Positions 42,833-56,300 of a stretch of DNA of 64,000 bases are shown one piece after another. Both the position numbers and the translations under genes were made by a program. This DNA comes from a virus. Under the pieces are notes generated by a model that was not told the DNA's origin, did not search any database, and saw only the letters and a program-made list of their open reading frames with translations. Positions within the stretch are counted from its first letter, which is position 1; each line of letters starts with the position of its first letter. The stretch lies in UHGV virus genome UHGV-0101699. One strand, given 5' to 3'.

Positions 42833-44278
42833 TTAATTTAATTGCTCACTACTCATGGCCACGCCTGTATCGAAGGTATTCTGGTTTGTATTTATGGCGT
42901 CGCCCCCTTCTGATGAGTTAATTTTATTCTCCAGCGCTTCAACTCGTTTAATCAGGACCTTCACCGCCGCCAGCGTGTCCATCATTATCACGTTGTTGTC
43001 GAGCTGAAGGCGTTCACTGTTAACCTGCTTATTACCATCCAGGTACGAAATATTAACGTGTTTCACGTATTGCTCGTCTACTTCCTCGGCCTGCTGCGCG
43101 ATGATCCCCCGGCGGACGCGGTTCTGTTCGTCGTCGTTATAGACGAACGTCACCAGCTCCAGCGCCTTTATGCGGTCTACTGACTGCTGCCCATCAGTAG
43201 GCGTGATATCGTGCTTCAGGCGAGCGTCAGACGTCCCCAGAAACTGCACGCTACCGCGCTGGCTTCCGTAGATATTGCCGTCGGCCAGGAATTGCCAATA
43301 CTGTATTGGTTGCGAAAATCCACCAACAGAAAGAATTAGTCGGTGGTTTGTCCCTACCTGCTCTTCGAACCACATAGCCGCCTGTCCACCATCAACGTTG
43401 CCATCACTACCGCGCGTACTAAATCTTGACGTAAAACGTGGCGCTTGTAACACGGTGCCATTTGCTATGTTTCCAGGGTCAGTGTTTAATCTGGCAATGA
43501 AGGCTTGCCCGTACAGATCGCCGTACTGCGTAGCAATGCCATAAACCCCGAGACCGCCACGGACTCGCAGCCCCGGATAAACCGCTAAAGCCCCGTCTTC
43601 GGTGATAATTCGATGCGTATAATCTGCAGAGCTACCTTTGTGGTGAAAATCAATGTACGGCGTTGTGTCGCTGCTGATTTCCAGGTTTCCGGCGTCGATG
43701 GCAGTGAACTGTGTATTGCTATTCTTCCTGAGAATTTGCCCTGCAGCCGTTATAGTGGCACTGAAAGTAACCCCCTTACTGAATATCTGCGTCTGTGTGA
43801 ACGTGTTTGCTGCGCTCGTCTTCGCTGAATCTTTCAGTGAGTTCCTGAGTTCCGCGAGGTCAGATGCTTTCGCCATCCCAGATACAGCAGGAACAGTCAC
43901 AGACGTACCTGTTATAGGGTCTGTCATCGTAATGTCGCCGCTTCCGGTCAGGGCTGTAGACCATCCTTGGACAACGTTACGCCAAAGAGTAAATGCACTG
44001 GCTAGTTGGTTCGCAAAAGACGATGTGCTGGCAGTTTCTGACGTGATAATTCCATATTTCGCACCAGAAAAAGCAGTTGTTATGTTTCTCGTCAGGGTCA
44101 GTTGAGTGTCATTATTTACTGATTTGATGGCATACAGATCAGCACTTCCATTGCGATAAATGACTAAAATTGAACCCTCTTGAATACCAAGTGCGGGCTC
44201 CGACCACTTTGTTGAAATACCAGTAACCTTTGCCTGGTTTGCTGCACCCGTTACGGTGCCAACTTCATACATTGCCAT
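42833..44278 (-). CDS. side tail fiber protein with C-terminal intramolecular chaperone (peptidase S74) domain
   Basis: SDARLKHDITPTDGQQSVDRIKALELVTFVYNDDEQNRVRRGIIAQQAEEV is the autoproteolytic chaperone signature found in T5 pb1 and K1F endosialidase tails. Confidence 0.7.
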   Translation of the reverse strand: MAMYEVGTVTGAANQAKVTGISTKWSEPALGIQEGSILVIYRNGSADLYAIKSVNNDTQLTLTRNITTAFSGAKYGIITSETASTSSFANQLASAFTLWRNVVQGWSTALTGSGDITMTDPITGTSVTVPAVSGMAKASDLAELRNSLKDSAKTSAANTFTQTQIFSKGVTFSATITAAGQILRKNSNTQFTAIDAGNLEISSDTTPYIDFHHKGSSADYTHRIITEDGALAVYPGLRVRGGLGVYGIATQYGDLYGQAFIARLNTDPGNIANGTVLQAPRFTSRFSTRGSDGNVDGGQAAMWFEEQVGTNHRLILSVGGFSQPIQYWQFLADGNIYGSQRGSVQFLGTSDARLKHDITPTDGQQSVDRIKALELVTFVYNDDEQNRVRRGIIAQQAEEVDEQYVKHVNISYLDGNKQVNSERLQLDNNVIMMDTLAAVKVLIKRVEALENKINSSEGGDAINTNQNTFDTGVAMSSEQLN

Positions 44279-44330
44279 AATTACATTCCTTGTAATTTTA
44301 ATGAGCGGCTCTCAAAGAGCCGCCTGAAAC

Positions 44331-47300
44331 TTAAGCCAGAGAGATGGAGCCAGTAGTTCTGTACATCGAGACAACCCCTGTAAACCGGAACTGACCGCTA
44401 TCGCCACGATTCGGCCACTGAATGGTAATCTGGTGACGTTGACCGAAGTTTGACGCCGGGATACGGATTGAGAAGATTGATGTTTCAAAGTCCTTGCCAT
44501 CGTTTCCAGAGTCAAAAGTCCAAACGGTCGTTTCATCAACGCGAATTGTTACGTTCTGACGCCATACCTGAACAATCGCAACGGAACCATTGAACACCAT
44601 ACGCCGTTCAAAGGGCATACCGTCAATCGTTGCAATCAGGTAGCGCGTGCCGGATGAGGTATTCCCGGAAGCTGGCCAGTTTTTAACAACACGGTCGGTC
44701 ATTGTCACAACGTCACCAACAATTTTATTGGCCTGAACAGTGCCAAGCACAGTGCAGTTCTCGTTAATAGTCACGTTATTAAGCACACCAGTATTTGCGT
44801 GAACTTCACCACGAATAACTACGTTGTTGAACTGTGAACTACCGTCTTTTCCAATTCTCCAGCCACTTGAACCGTTAACGAAATTGTCAGATCGGATTTC
44901 ACCGCCAATTTTTGCATTGGTGATGGAGCCATCCTTAATCACAGCGGCATTCATGTAGGCAACGCCATTTTCCACAACAAATGGTGTGGTCGTGTTTCCG
45001 TTAGAGGTATTGATTAAGCCGAAGCGATCAGCCTGAACCAGAAACTGGCTCTGCAAATTTTTGCCATCGATACCTAAAGCGATACCAGCAGCATACTTTT
45101 TACCGTTGCTGTTGGTTTCCATTTTGACCATCCAGGTACTGTTAACGTTGCCGTTTTCGACAACCGTTTTCTTCAGCTCCTGCAGCTCGGCTGACTGGCC
45201 TCCTACCTGAGCTGTCAAATTCGTCTGCTGCTGAGACAGTGCGCTTATCGTTGTGGCCTGGGTCTGCTGAGTTGACTTAATTGCCGCCAGAGAGGTGGTG
45301 GCGTTATTCAACTCCGTCTGGTTTTTGATGTTTGCCGATGCCTGCGCGTCAATTTGCGACTGCAAGCTGGTATTCAGCGACGACTGCGTTTTCTCGTTGT
45401 TGGTGATGGTCTGCGCCATCTGATCAACCTTCGAAGACGCATCATTCACCTGGGACGTCAAAGAGGACAGCTGAGACGCCTGGGATGTCACCTGCCCTTC
45501 TACATAGGTAACACGTGAGGTAAGGCTGGTGAGCGCGGATGCGTTCGCATTAGCCGAATCCTGTGCCTCTTTTGCGTCCGTGATATCGGTGACAACAACG
45601 TCATCGATATATAGATCATACCCCGGTGTACCAGTGCCAGTTGTGCCGCGGGTAGATACCCAAAATGCGCCGCGAGTGTGGCCAGCGGCTACACGGAGCG
45701 TACCGGTGAATTTCTTCCATGCGCCTCTTGCACCCAATGCGGCTTCATTGATAGTGATTGCCGTCGGCCAGTTATTGTTGTTGGCAGCGTTTTGGGTCTG
45801 CAAACCAACGAGCGTTGACCACCCAGAGGATGGCGACTGATCTGCCGGCATCATCGCCCAGAGTTCAATGCGGAATACCGCATTTTCACGCAGAGCAATC
45901 CACTTACCGATGGTTTTATCGCTGTTTCCGCCCTCACCGGCGCTGCGGGAAACACGCAACGACTTCGTTCCGCTTCGTTTCTGAGAGCTGACGACGACCG
46001 CACGCGAGCCGCTGATCTGCTGGTTTTCGGAGTACGTCTCCAGAGAACCATCAAACCACGGGTTGCTCCCCATCGCCTGAACAGTGCTCAAAGAGTTTTT
46101 GAGCGAAGTTGTCTGGCTGCTCTGGGTTTCAATTTCTTTCTCGTTCTGCGTGACGCGGTTCGTTAATGCCGTTAACGCAGCTGCATCCGCTTTCTTCGAA
46201 ACATTTGTGTTTGTGGTCGCAAGGTCATTCTTAAGTTGCGTAACCTGGCTGCCCTGGCTGGTGATGTCATTCTCTGTCTTGGTCACACGACTATCGAGTT
46301 TAGTGATCGCGCTCGAGTTCGCCTGAGTTTCAACAGAGTCGGTCACATCGACGACATAAAAATCATCAAAGTACATCGCGCCTGCGGACAAGAAAGCAGT
46401 GAACTGAACGTCAGCAACGACATCCTTTGTCGCCTTCCAGGTCCAGGACACTTCCTGCCAGTTCGAAGTGAACGGGCCATAAGCCTTACTTGCGATTAGA
46501 CCGTTACCTTCTGCCACACGGAATTTTGTGTTGTCAGTCGACTGAATGGTGGTATTAGGGTCCTGCTTTGCCCAGATGCCAATTTTGTACGACCGATCCT
46601 TTTTGAAGGAGATCTTCTGGCCCACGCCTGCAGAACCACCCGCCGCCAGTTTGGCGGCTTTGGTGCCAAGATGTGGAACCTGCAGCGTTACCACCGTGGC
46701 AATCCCGCTCCAGCCTGTATAGCCCTCCGTACCACGCTCAAAAGACGGGTTTACGATCAGGTTCCCGGGGATCTGGCTTGCTGCATCCACGCTGGCGTTA
46801 CTGGACGCAAGGCTGTTTTCCAGTGCCGTTGTCGAGGAGCTCAGGGAGTCAATATTATCCCCCTGGGTCTTCACTGTGTTCTGGAGCGTGGTAATTGCCG
46901 ACGCGTTCGCATCAGCCTTCATCATCACACCGCCGGCGGCGCCCAGTCCCATCATTACCCCGTTCACAAACTCGACTGAGGTCGAGATGTGGGCGGTGCC
47001 GTCGCCACCGGTTGGCGCACGCAGTTCCAGACCATCGCCAGGCTTCATGCCTTTGCGGCCAAGGAGAATGTAGGCACCACGATACGGTAGAGAGTTGACG
47101 ACTTCGGATGTGCCACCAAGAGATTCCAGGGCAGACAATACTTTACCTCGGTTGCCAGTTGGCTCATCGAATGTCAGGACACAAACGTAAGTCCCACTGG
47201 CCAGTGCCTCGATATCAGCCGACATCGTGGCACCATTATTCGCGCTGCCAAAGACATCGTATGTTTTGGATGTCGCAATCACCGTTGATCCGTCGCTGTG

Positions 47301-50300
47301 TTTTGCAAAAGTGACCAGCGCCCAGCTGCGACCAGGGGTAAACAGGTTTTTGCCGCTTTCATCAAAAACCCCAGGAGTTACGCTGTTGCCATTCCCCCGT
47401 GCAGTGACAGTAAACACAGTGCGACGGTTCATCGAGGCCTGCAGGCTGGTAATGCTACTGTTCGCCGCGGTTAAATCGCCCCCCTGAGATGTCACCGTGT
47501 TCCGGAGATCCTGCAATGCAGAAGCATCAGCTTTCTTGGCAATATTGTTCTGAGCTGTCGACAGCCCGTTCTCCAACGATGTGGTGCGATTTCCGATAGA
47601 GCTAATGGAAGTGCCTTGCTGATTCACTTTCGTTGTCAGCGAATCCACAGCCGACGCACTGGCGCTATCAGACGGAGACTCGTTCCAGTCGGAAACAACG
47701 TTACCTACCTCAAACTTCGGACTGTTGATGTACACCGTCTGGTCTTTGGAGGTATTGCTCTCGATACGGCACAGAATCAGGCGCTTGGTGCCCGTGGTAG
47801 GTGTCTGTTTCCACTTAACCCAATAGCGGGCCCATGAAGTGGTCAGCGTGAACTGCGCACGACCATCAGTGTTGTTACCTTTCGCACCCTGGCTGGTCTC
47901 GATAGACGTTGTGGTGTTCGGATTGTAGAAGAACGCCGTCATCGTCTGGCCAGTAACGCCGCCTTTCGCATAGAAGCTGTAAACGTACTCACCTGCATCG
48001 ACCGGCGACTCAAGCGTGATTTCCCGCAGATCCTTGTAACCGGAGCCGGCTTTTACAGTTGCGCCAATTACCGCATTACCACGATACGTATCGCTGACAA
48101 CGTTCGACCAGCCGGTCATATCGCCGGAGTTCTTGATCAGGTTTGTACCGCCGACAGAAATTGCATCAACCTTGTTGTTCAGATTCGTGACAGAAGAACT
48201 CGTTGAGTTAATGTCTTTTTCGGTCTGGGTAACACGGTTGGTCAGTGCCGTCAGAGCATTTGCGTCCGCTTTTTGAGCAACGTTTGCATTTGTTGTTCTC
48301 AAATTGTTCTCAAGATTGGTAGTGCGTGTACCAATACTTAAGATGTTCTCCCCCTGCTGATTTACCGTAGAGGTCAGCGAATCAACCGCTTTCGCCGTGG
48401 CGTCGAGGGAATCCTGGACTTTGGAGGAGTCGGTTACGTTCCGCAGATGCCAGTCAGTCACATACCAGACGGTGCCGAATGGGCTGGACTGGTTAATTTG
48501 CAGGAATGGACGGAAGAAGCCGCGATCGACAATCCCCTGAGTAATTTTGAATCGCCAGGTTACTCGCTGCCATGTGGCCGACGCCTTGCGGTTGCCGCCG
48601 GATGACAGAGGCGCGCCCACGCTGCCGCTTGGCCTTGTTGCGGTTCCGAGATACAGGTTGAAATCAGCGGAGCCGGTACCACACGCGACGAGAGCAGACA
48701 TTTCATAGACATCCCCCAATGTCGCCGGAATAGCAGCAAAATTTGGGTGATGGTCGCGAGCCGCAATGCGTGCGACATAAGCGTATGGGCAATTGGCTGG
48801 CACGCCCTCAGACGAGCTGGAAACCACAGTGAAGCCCATCTGACTAAACTCTGGGTCAAATGTCGGGTTGCTAATCAAATCGCCACTTGTCGCATTCCCT
48901 GCGCGTACAGATGAATTAAGCGCAGTGATACTGCTATTCGCAGAGGATAAGCCCGACTCTGTTTGATCGACGCGCCCGGACAACACGCTTAAAGCGCTCT
49001 GATCCGCTTTTTTACTGACGTTGTTATTGGTCGTTGCCAGGTCATTTGTCAGTTTGGTGATGCTGTTACCCTGACTGGTGATCTGGTCACCCTGTTGGGA
49101 GACGGTCGAGTCCAGTGTCGAAATCGCATTGGCGTTAGCATCTGCTGTACTTTGCGCATTGTAGGCATCAGTTACTTCGGTAATGACCAGGTCATCAATG
49201 AGGAATGAGTTTCCCGCCTTAACGCTGCTAACGTTAGGAATAGAAATCCTCACCATTGCCTGCTTAATACCGCTCTTCGTTGATTTCAGGTAACCAGAAA
49301 CCTTCGTCCATTGAGTTGAAGAGAGATCCTTTGCCGCTTTGGTAACTGCCGGCCACTGCCAGGAGTTGTCCTGATACTGGAGCGACAAACCGATAGAGAT
49401 CTGTGCATTCTCGGCCATAGCGGTACTCTTGGCATCCCGCTTAACCCAGCATTCCATATAGAAGACTGCGTTATCGCGTACCTGGAAACCGCTGAAAATG
49501 TGATTATCGCTGTTATCAGTTGCGTTAGCGTTGTAATCATTCGGACGCGTCACACGGATGCACTTATTACCGCCATGCGAGTCATCAGTGGTCACGATAA
49601 CGCGATTATTTGATAGATTGTGGCCAACCGCGTAGCTTTCAAAAGTGCCATCAGGAAGCAGATTAGCGCCGCGTTTGGATTGCTGGTTCAGAGAGCTGCT
49701 GAGCGACGTAATGTTGCTGTTCGCCGCCGTCAGACCGGACTCCGTCTTCTCTACCCGACCTGTCAGCGTAGTGACTGCCGACTGATCGGCCTTTTTCGCG
49801 ATGTTTGCGTCAGCGGCTTCGAGGTCATTGGTCAACTTAGTGATGCTGTTGCCCTGGCTGGTGATTTTGTCACCCTGCTGTGTCACCGTGCTCGACAACG
49901 TAGACAGCGCATCGCTATTAGCCTTGATCTTCACCTCATCCGTGATATCAAAGACCTTAAATGTATCAACCCAGATTTCGGCATTAGCCGGGTGCGCGTA
50001 AAGCTTAAAGTTCTGGCCATCAGCGTTAGAGGCAGTAAGTCCAGTCTCCCAGGTAATGGTCTGCCACTCACTGGTTAGTGTGACGTTTTTATCTTCATAA
50101 TTGCTGTCGGTCTGGCCGATTTTATTCTGGCGCCGGATCAACATGTTCATCGCCCCGGACACGCCCTTGGCTTTAACCACAACACGATATTTGCGCTGAC
50201 CATTAAGCGGCAGCGGCTTGTTGTTGTTGGAGAAGATGCCTGGGCTGGTAGTGGTCGTCCGGTTCAGCTTAACCCCAGCCTTACCATCACCGAAGTTGCC

Positions 50301-53300
50301 GAAAGTGACGCCTGCCGGATACTGGGTATCCCACGCAGTTGCACCCTGCAGGAAATCGTAGTTCGGGATCAGGTTGTCACCGGCGTTTCTGGCAGCGGTC
50401 AGGGTGTTATTCAGGTTCGTGATGCTGTTACCCTGGCTGGAAATCGTATCCCCCTGCTTGGAGACCGTATTTTGCAGCGTAGACAGCGCCTGTGCATCTG
50501 CCTTATTCGCCAGATTAGCGTTGGTCTGTTCGAGGCTATTTCGCAGGTCAGTAACGCTCTGTGAGGTGCTCGTGACGCGATCACCTACGGTGCTGACGTT
50601 TGAGGTGACGGCGCTAATGGCATTCGAAAGCGCGTTCATCCCAAGAGCAGAATTCAGCTGGGCTACCTTCTCGGACAGTTTAAAACCGAGGTTAATGTAA
50701 GCCTGACCAGTCCATTGGTTCACCAGGAACTCAACCGTGCTCCAGCCAGCTTTCAGATCAAAGCTAACCGTATTCCAGCTCGCATTACCAAAGGCAACCC
50801 TAACACCGTTCACGTACACGGCGCCCGTATCATCAAAAACACGAGAACCTGGTGCCATAGTGATGGTGGTATCAGCATTGACTTTCACGAAGGCTTTGTA
50901 ATGCGCGATCACGTAACTGCCGGCGCTCGCAAAGTCCAGTTTTGCCGCGTCAGGAACCTCATCGATCGAGATTGGCGCCTTACCGTTGATATCGCTAAAG
51001 GTCGGCTCAGTGGTATTGTTCGCCAGTTGTACGTTGTATACGCTACGCACCCACATGTTCTGGCGGCCGTTAACCATCTGGTTTGACAGCGAAGTGATGC
51101 TGTTGGAGTTCGACGTAATGTCTTTTCCCTGCTGGGTCACGGTGCTGTTGAGGGTTGATAACGCATTGGACGTCGCATCAATCGCTTTCTCATTGCTCAC
51201 GTCAACGCAGAAGACGTCATCGAGATACATATAGCCGGAAGCGACACTTGCGCGCAGAGACACAACCACGCTGGCGGTTTTGGCTGGCGTATACTCGCCG
51301 CTAATAAGTGCCCAGTTAGTCGACAGCCCGGCGCCGGTGATCGGGATATCCTTTAACGGCGTCAGATCTGCGTTTCGAAGGCTAATCTTGTTGTTGCCGG
51401 CATTATTGATCGCGAAGTCAGCGGATTTGCGAACCCATGCGCCGATACGATAAGTCTTGCCAGCCTGCAGCTCGACCGTTTGATTGCAGCCTGAGTCACC
51501 GCCAGAGGCCAGTTTACCCGCCTGGATGATGTATTTCCCCGATTTGGGGTTTTGGGCCTCCAGCAGAGTCCAACCAACATACTCCCAACCTTCGAAACCA
51601 CGTTCAAAAGAGTTGTTTTTGAGCATGTTGCCGATGATCGCTTTCGAGGCATCCGCATCAGCATTGGCGTTATCCAGCGAGTTTGACAGGCTGGTGATGC
51701 TCTGGGACTGGCTGGAGATCTGATTTTCGGCAGCAGTTACGCGGTTTGTCAGATTAGTCACAGCTGAGGCGTCGGCTTTGTTCTTGATGCTGTTCTGCAT
51801 CGAAGTGATCTGCTGCCCTTGGCTGGTAATGGTGCCCTCAACAGACGATACCCGAGAGGTCAGAGCATTGGTGGCACTGGCGTTCGCCTCAATCGCCAGG
51901 GCATCAGTGACGTCAACAAAACCAACATCATCGAAGTACTGGGAACCGGTTTTGAGAGAAGACATGATCGATACGTCAACTTTACCGGTCAGCGTCGCCT
52001 TCCAGGTATCAGAGACCTCTTTCCATGTTTCATCTTTGGGCAGATTCTCCGGACGGATCGGAATCTCTTTGAGCAACGTGGCTGCGCCAATACGCAGTTT
52101 GTTGTTGCCAGGGCTGCTGATTACCGCATCCGTGGTGCAGCGCACAAAAGAGGACAGCTTGTATGTCCGCCCTTCGACGACGCTTACAGATTGCGTGATT
52201 TGCACCGTGCCAGCGGCGCAAACAAGAATTTTACTACCAGAATGGGGCGCACTCGCCTTGATAATACTGGATACGCTGTTCCCTGCAGACCACCCTGCCA
52301 GGTCACGCTCAAAGGAGGCGTTAACCAGCAAATTGCTCGGATTGCTTTTGGCAGTATCGGTATCGCTCTGGATATCGCTCAGCGAGTTATTCAGGGTGGT
52401 GATGCTTTCACTCTGGCTGCTAAGGGTTTTATCCTGCTGGGTTACGGTCGACTGCAGACCCGTGATCGCCTTGCTATTCGCAGACACACCAGACTCAACA
52501 CTTCCTACGCGATTGTCCAGCGTAGACAATGCCGCACCTTGTGATTTAAGGGTGTTGCCCTGCTCTTCAACCTTCTGGGAAATTGTCTGTACTGCACTGG
52601 CATCGGCCTTCTGGCCAAGGCTTGTTTGCAACCCGGTAATCTTGCTTGCCTGGGAAGCTTGTTCAGTGGACAGCGTATGCAGCTCTTCTGCAACAGAGGC
52701 TTTGTTTCTGTTGAATTCAGTCTGCAGGGATTCACGCGCACTCGCTTCCGCAGCATCGGCAGTGATACGAGCATTTTTCTCCTGATAGATCAGACCGGAG
52801 CGAATGTCGTCCAGATTTCCGCTTTCAGATGAACCGCGGATTTGTGCAGCCAATGTGCTGCGCGCCTGCGCTTCGGCGGTATCTGCATTCGCACGAGCCT
52901 GCTGCTCTTCCTGTAACGCGGCCATGCCTGCGCCCGGCGTCGGTCGACCAACGGCGATCCAGTCGAATAACAGGTAATTGTCCGCATCCTGACCCGAAGT
53001 GAAATCGAAGCGGAAACGACGAATCGTTGTCGAATCCCGCCACTCAATGTCGTGCAGGGTCAGAATCGCAATACCCTTGTCGTCGTATTCCGGCTCATTG
53101 ATAACCACGGAGCGACCAGCATTCCAGCCAGTTTCATCAGCGCCGATCCAGAACATTCTGGCGTTCCAGGTTGGGTTGCCAACCTTTTTAACGCGCATCT
53201 TAATGAAACGATAAGCATGGGCATCGATCGTCAATCCGTTAGGGGAACGACAGGTTGAGGTCGGATTGTTCGCTTTCAGCCAGCCATCGCTGGTGACGCT

Positions 53301-56300
53301 CATTGGCGTGTAGCCATTATCATCTTCCGTCCAGCCTTCGGCGTCCTGGTCGAAATACCAGATTTTCAGAGAGTCAAACTGTTCCCCTGTGCCAGCGGCA
53401 ATCTGCGAGATCTGTCGCGCGAGGTTTTCGTCACCGGAGGTCACAACCTCAGACAAGCTATCGATAGAGGTTTTCAGCTCATTCTTCGCGCTCAGCAGTT
53501 GGTCGGCCGCTTGCTTGGCTGCATCATTAACATCTGCAATACGGTCATTCGTCTCTTTCTGAATGGCCGCAGTCAAATCTTTGCTGGTCTGGGACAGCGA
53601 CGTTGTCAGTGATGACTGCGCTTTCTTAATCTCCTGCGACAGAGCAGCGTCGCCGTCTTTAATCGACTGTTTTGCAGCTTCAATTTGGCTGTTTACATTG
53701 GAGATGTTGGTATTGATCGTCTGGTTGACCGTATCGATATTGTCGACAATTGTCTGATTGACGGTATCAATGTCCTCTTTCAGCGACTGATTGACAGAGT
53801 CAACCTGCGCCTTAATTTCGGAGGAGGTTTGCGCAAGGTCGTTTTCAACTTGCTGAATAGACTCGTTGACTGAGTTCTGAACCTCGCCAATGGCGTTGTC
53901 TACCGCCTCCTGAGTGGCTTTGCTGTCGATTTCGTCGAGCAGCTCTTTGCCGAGTTCAGAAGATGTGATCTTGTCTTTCAGGAAAGACAATACGTCGCGA
54001 GTGGTGGCCTCTGTACCGAGGTTCGAGTTCGGCTGGCCTACCATCCCACGTTTGTTTACCGCACGAATCCAGTAATACCAGGTCTCGTTGTCACCCAGCC
54101 CAGCGTGAGTGAAAGTCGTTGTGGCGGCCTGAGCAATGAGTGTCGCGGTGTCCAGCTTATTTGTTTTGGACGCATACACGTTGATCTGCGCGAGGTCGAC
54201 TGAATCAGGGTTAACCCAATTCAATACCACGTTACGATAATCCCCCACCGCGGTCAGTGATGTGGGCGCCCCTGGCGGCGTCATCGTGCCTTTTACCTGA
54301 TAGACAGCAGTAATAATCTCGGATTTTTTGCCGCCGAAGGAAACGGAATACAGCTGGAAGTCATATCGCCCATTTTCGGCAACATTGACGATTTCATATT
54401 GTTCTTCCGTGGCGCGGGCAGATTGCCAGTTGGAGACGTTGCCCTCGTCGGAGCGGCGCCAGCTGACCCAGTATTCTGGTGATTTACCTTCCCAGGCAAG
54501 CATCAGCTTCACGGACAAGTTGCCCGGACTGGACAGATAGGTGCCTTCTGAGATGACCAGATTGCTCGGTTTGGAATATGTGGGATCAAGAACCGTCGTA
54601 TTTTCTGGAACGAGCGCGGCCCCGTTATCAATCGCCTGGTACTTAGATGCATTGTTCTGCACCACCGTGATATCAAACGACCCCGGGGTTTCACCTTGCG
54701 CGATAGCGACAACGCGCGCCCGCATTGGAACCAGGTCTGGTTCGGTGATCGTCCAGACGCCATTCGCTACTGGTTGATCGGCTGTGGCCAACGCCGTCTT
54801 GAAGGTAACTTTAGTGATGTTGTCGCCGGTCTCGTTGATGTCTCGCTCAACGATTTTGCCTTCCTGATTGATGATGCGGATGAAGCTACCGCTCTTTTTC
54901 AGAGAGACAGGTGCATCGAGGGTGATGCTGTTTTTGGTGAAAGAGACAATGCGACCGGAATTGCGTTTGCCGGCACGATATTTGTTCTGAATCAGAACGG
55001 TTTCGCCCGGCATCAGGAACGAGGCGTCCAGGCCCGCGGTAAAGGTGATCATGTCTGACTCCATACGCGCGGTATAGAGCAGCCACAAACCTACACGATG
55101 AGCCTGACCACGGCTGGTGCATCCGAACGCAACGGCCTCGGTCTTGCGCTCCCCGTATCGGGCCATCGCTTCCTGATCTTCAACATACTCAACGTTCTGC
55201 TTATAGCCGTCTTGTTTGTTGTTATAAGTGATCAGCGCTACGGACGGCCGGTCTTTTCGAGCAGAGCCTTTATAGGTAAACAGGCCATCTTTTACGTTTG
55301 CGTTGGTAAACAGCATGACAGGGTCAGACGGGCTGTCCTGCATGATATTCACCATGCCACCAGCCCAGAAAACCATGCCACGGAAAGCGCCGGCAATATC
55401 CTGAATCAGACGATAAGCGTCCTGACGACTGGTGATCTGGGTGTTGATTGCAAAGCGTTTTTCTTTGCCGCCAAAGCCATCATCAACCTCTTCGTCGCAG
55501 TAGCGACCGATCTGATAAAGCTGGCCAAGGTCAATCATTGACTCCGAAACAAATTTGCCGAGGCCATAACGAGCATTGGTCAGCAGATCGAACAGAATCC
55601 AGGCAGGGTTGGAAGACGACAGAAGCTTAAATGTTCCATCCCAAACGCCGTTATAAGTGTTCGTATTTTCATCATAATTCGAAGGCACACGGATTTTGAG
55701 GCCACGGATAAGATACGAACGTGACGGCATAGAGCTACCAAACTGCTCAGAGTTAACCTTAAGGCCAACCAGAACGGAGTTCGGGTAGTTCATTGGGGTA
55801 TCAACGATCTCACCGATAGAGTCGACCCAGGTATCGTTAAAGAGATACTGATCGTTGCTGTCGGCGGAGAGACGAAGCACGCGCACTTTATAGGCACGCC
55901 CAGGCTTTGGAAGCTGGATTTCGTAACTGCGGTAGTAGACACCAGTCTTTTTCGCAGTCAGCGTCACGTCAGAGCTGCTCTCACCTGTAGCAATCACGTC
56001 ATAGAAAGAGCCATTGCCATTGGCCAGCTGGAACTTAAACTGGACAGAAGTACCGTTTGTGTCCCCTGTTTTCTTGTCAATGCTACGCAGCGACGGGAAC
56101 TTCATGATCACTCGGACACGATCAGCGTCGTCGTTATCGATGGCGACCGTAACCGCGTTTGTGGTTTTCAGCTGTGTGTTAACGGCCTTTGGCGTTTCGA
56201 CAAAATCGAAACCAGGCATCGGGCTTTGGTCTTGCGAACCATCCCGGAAATCCCAGGTTACACCGGAATAGTTGAATGATCCGTCTTCGTTCTCCAGCGC

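Noticed and set aside
51778-52785. 335-aa and 241-aa + strand ORFs (51778..52785, 51819..52544) and many other 60-150-aa ORFs inside 44331..56507
   Set aside because: They are antisense to the continuous 4058-aa J-type gene. Repetitive, Ser/Thr/Ala-rich coding DNA generates long stop-free antisense frames. No SD or motif support.
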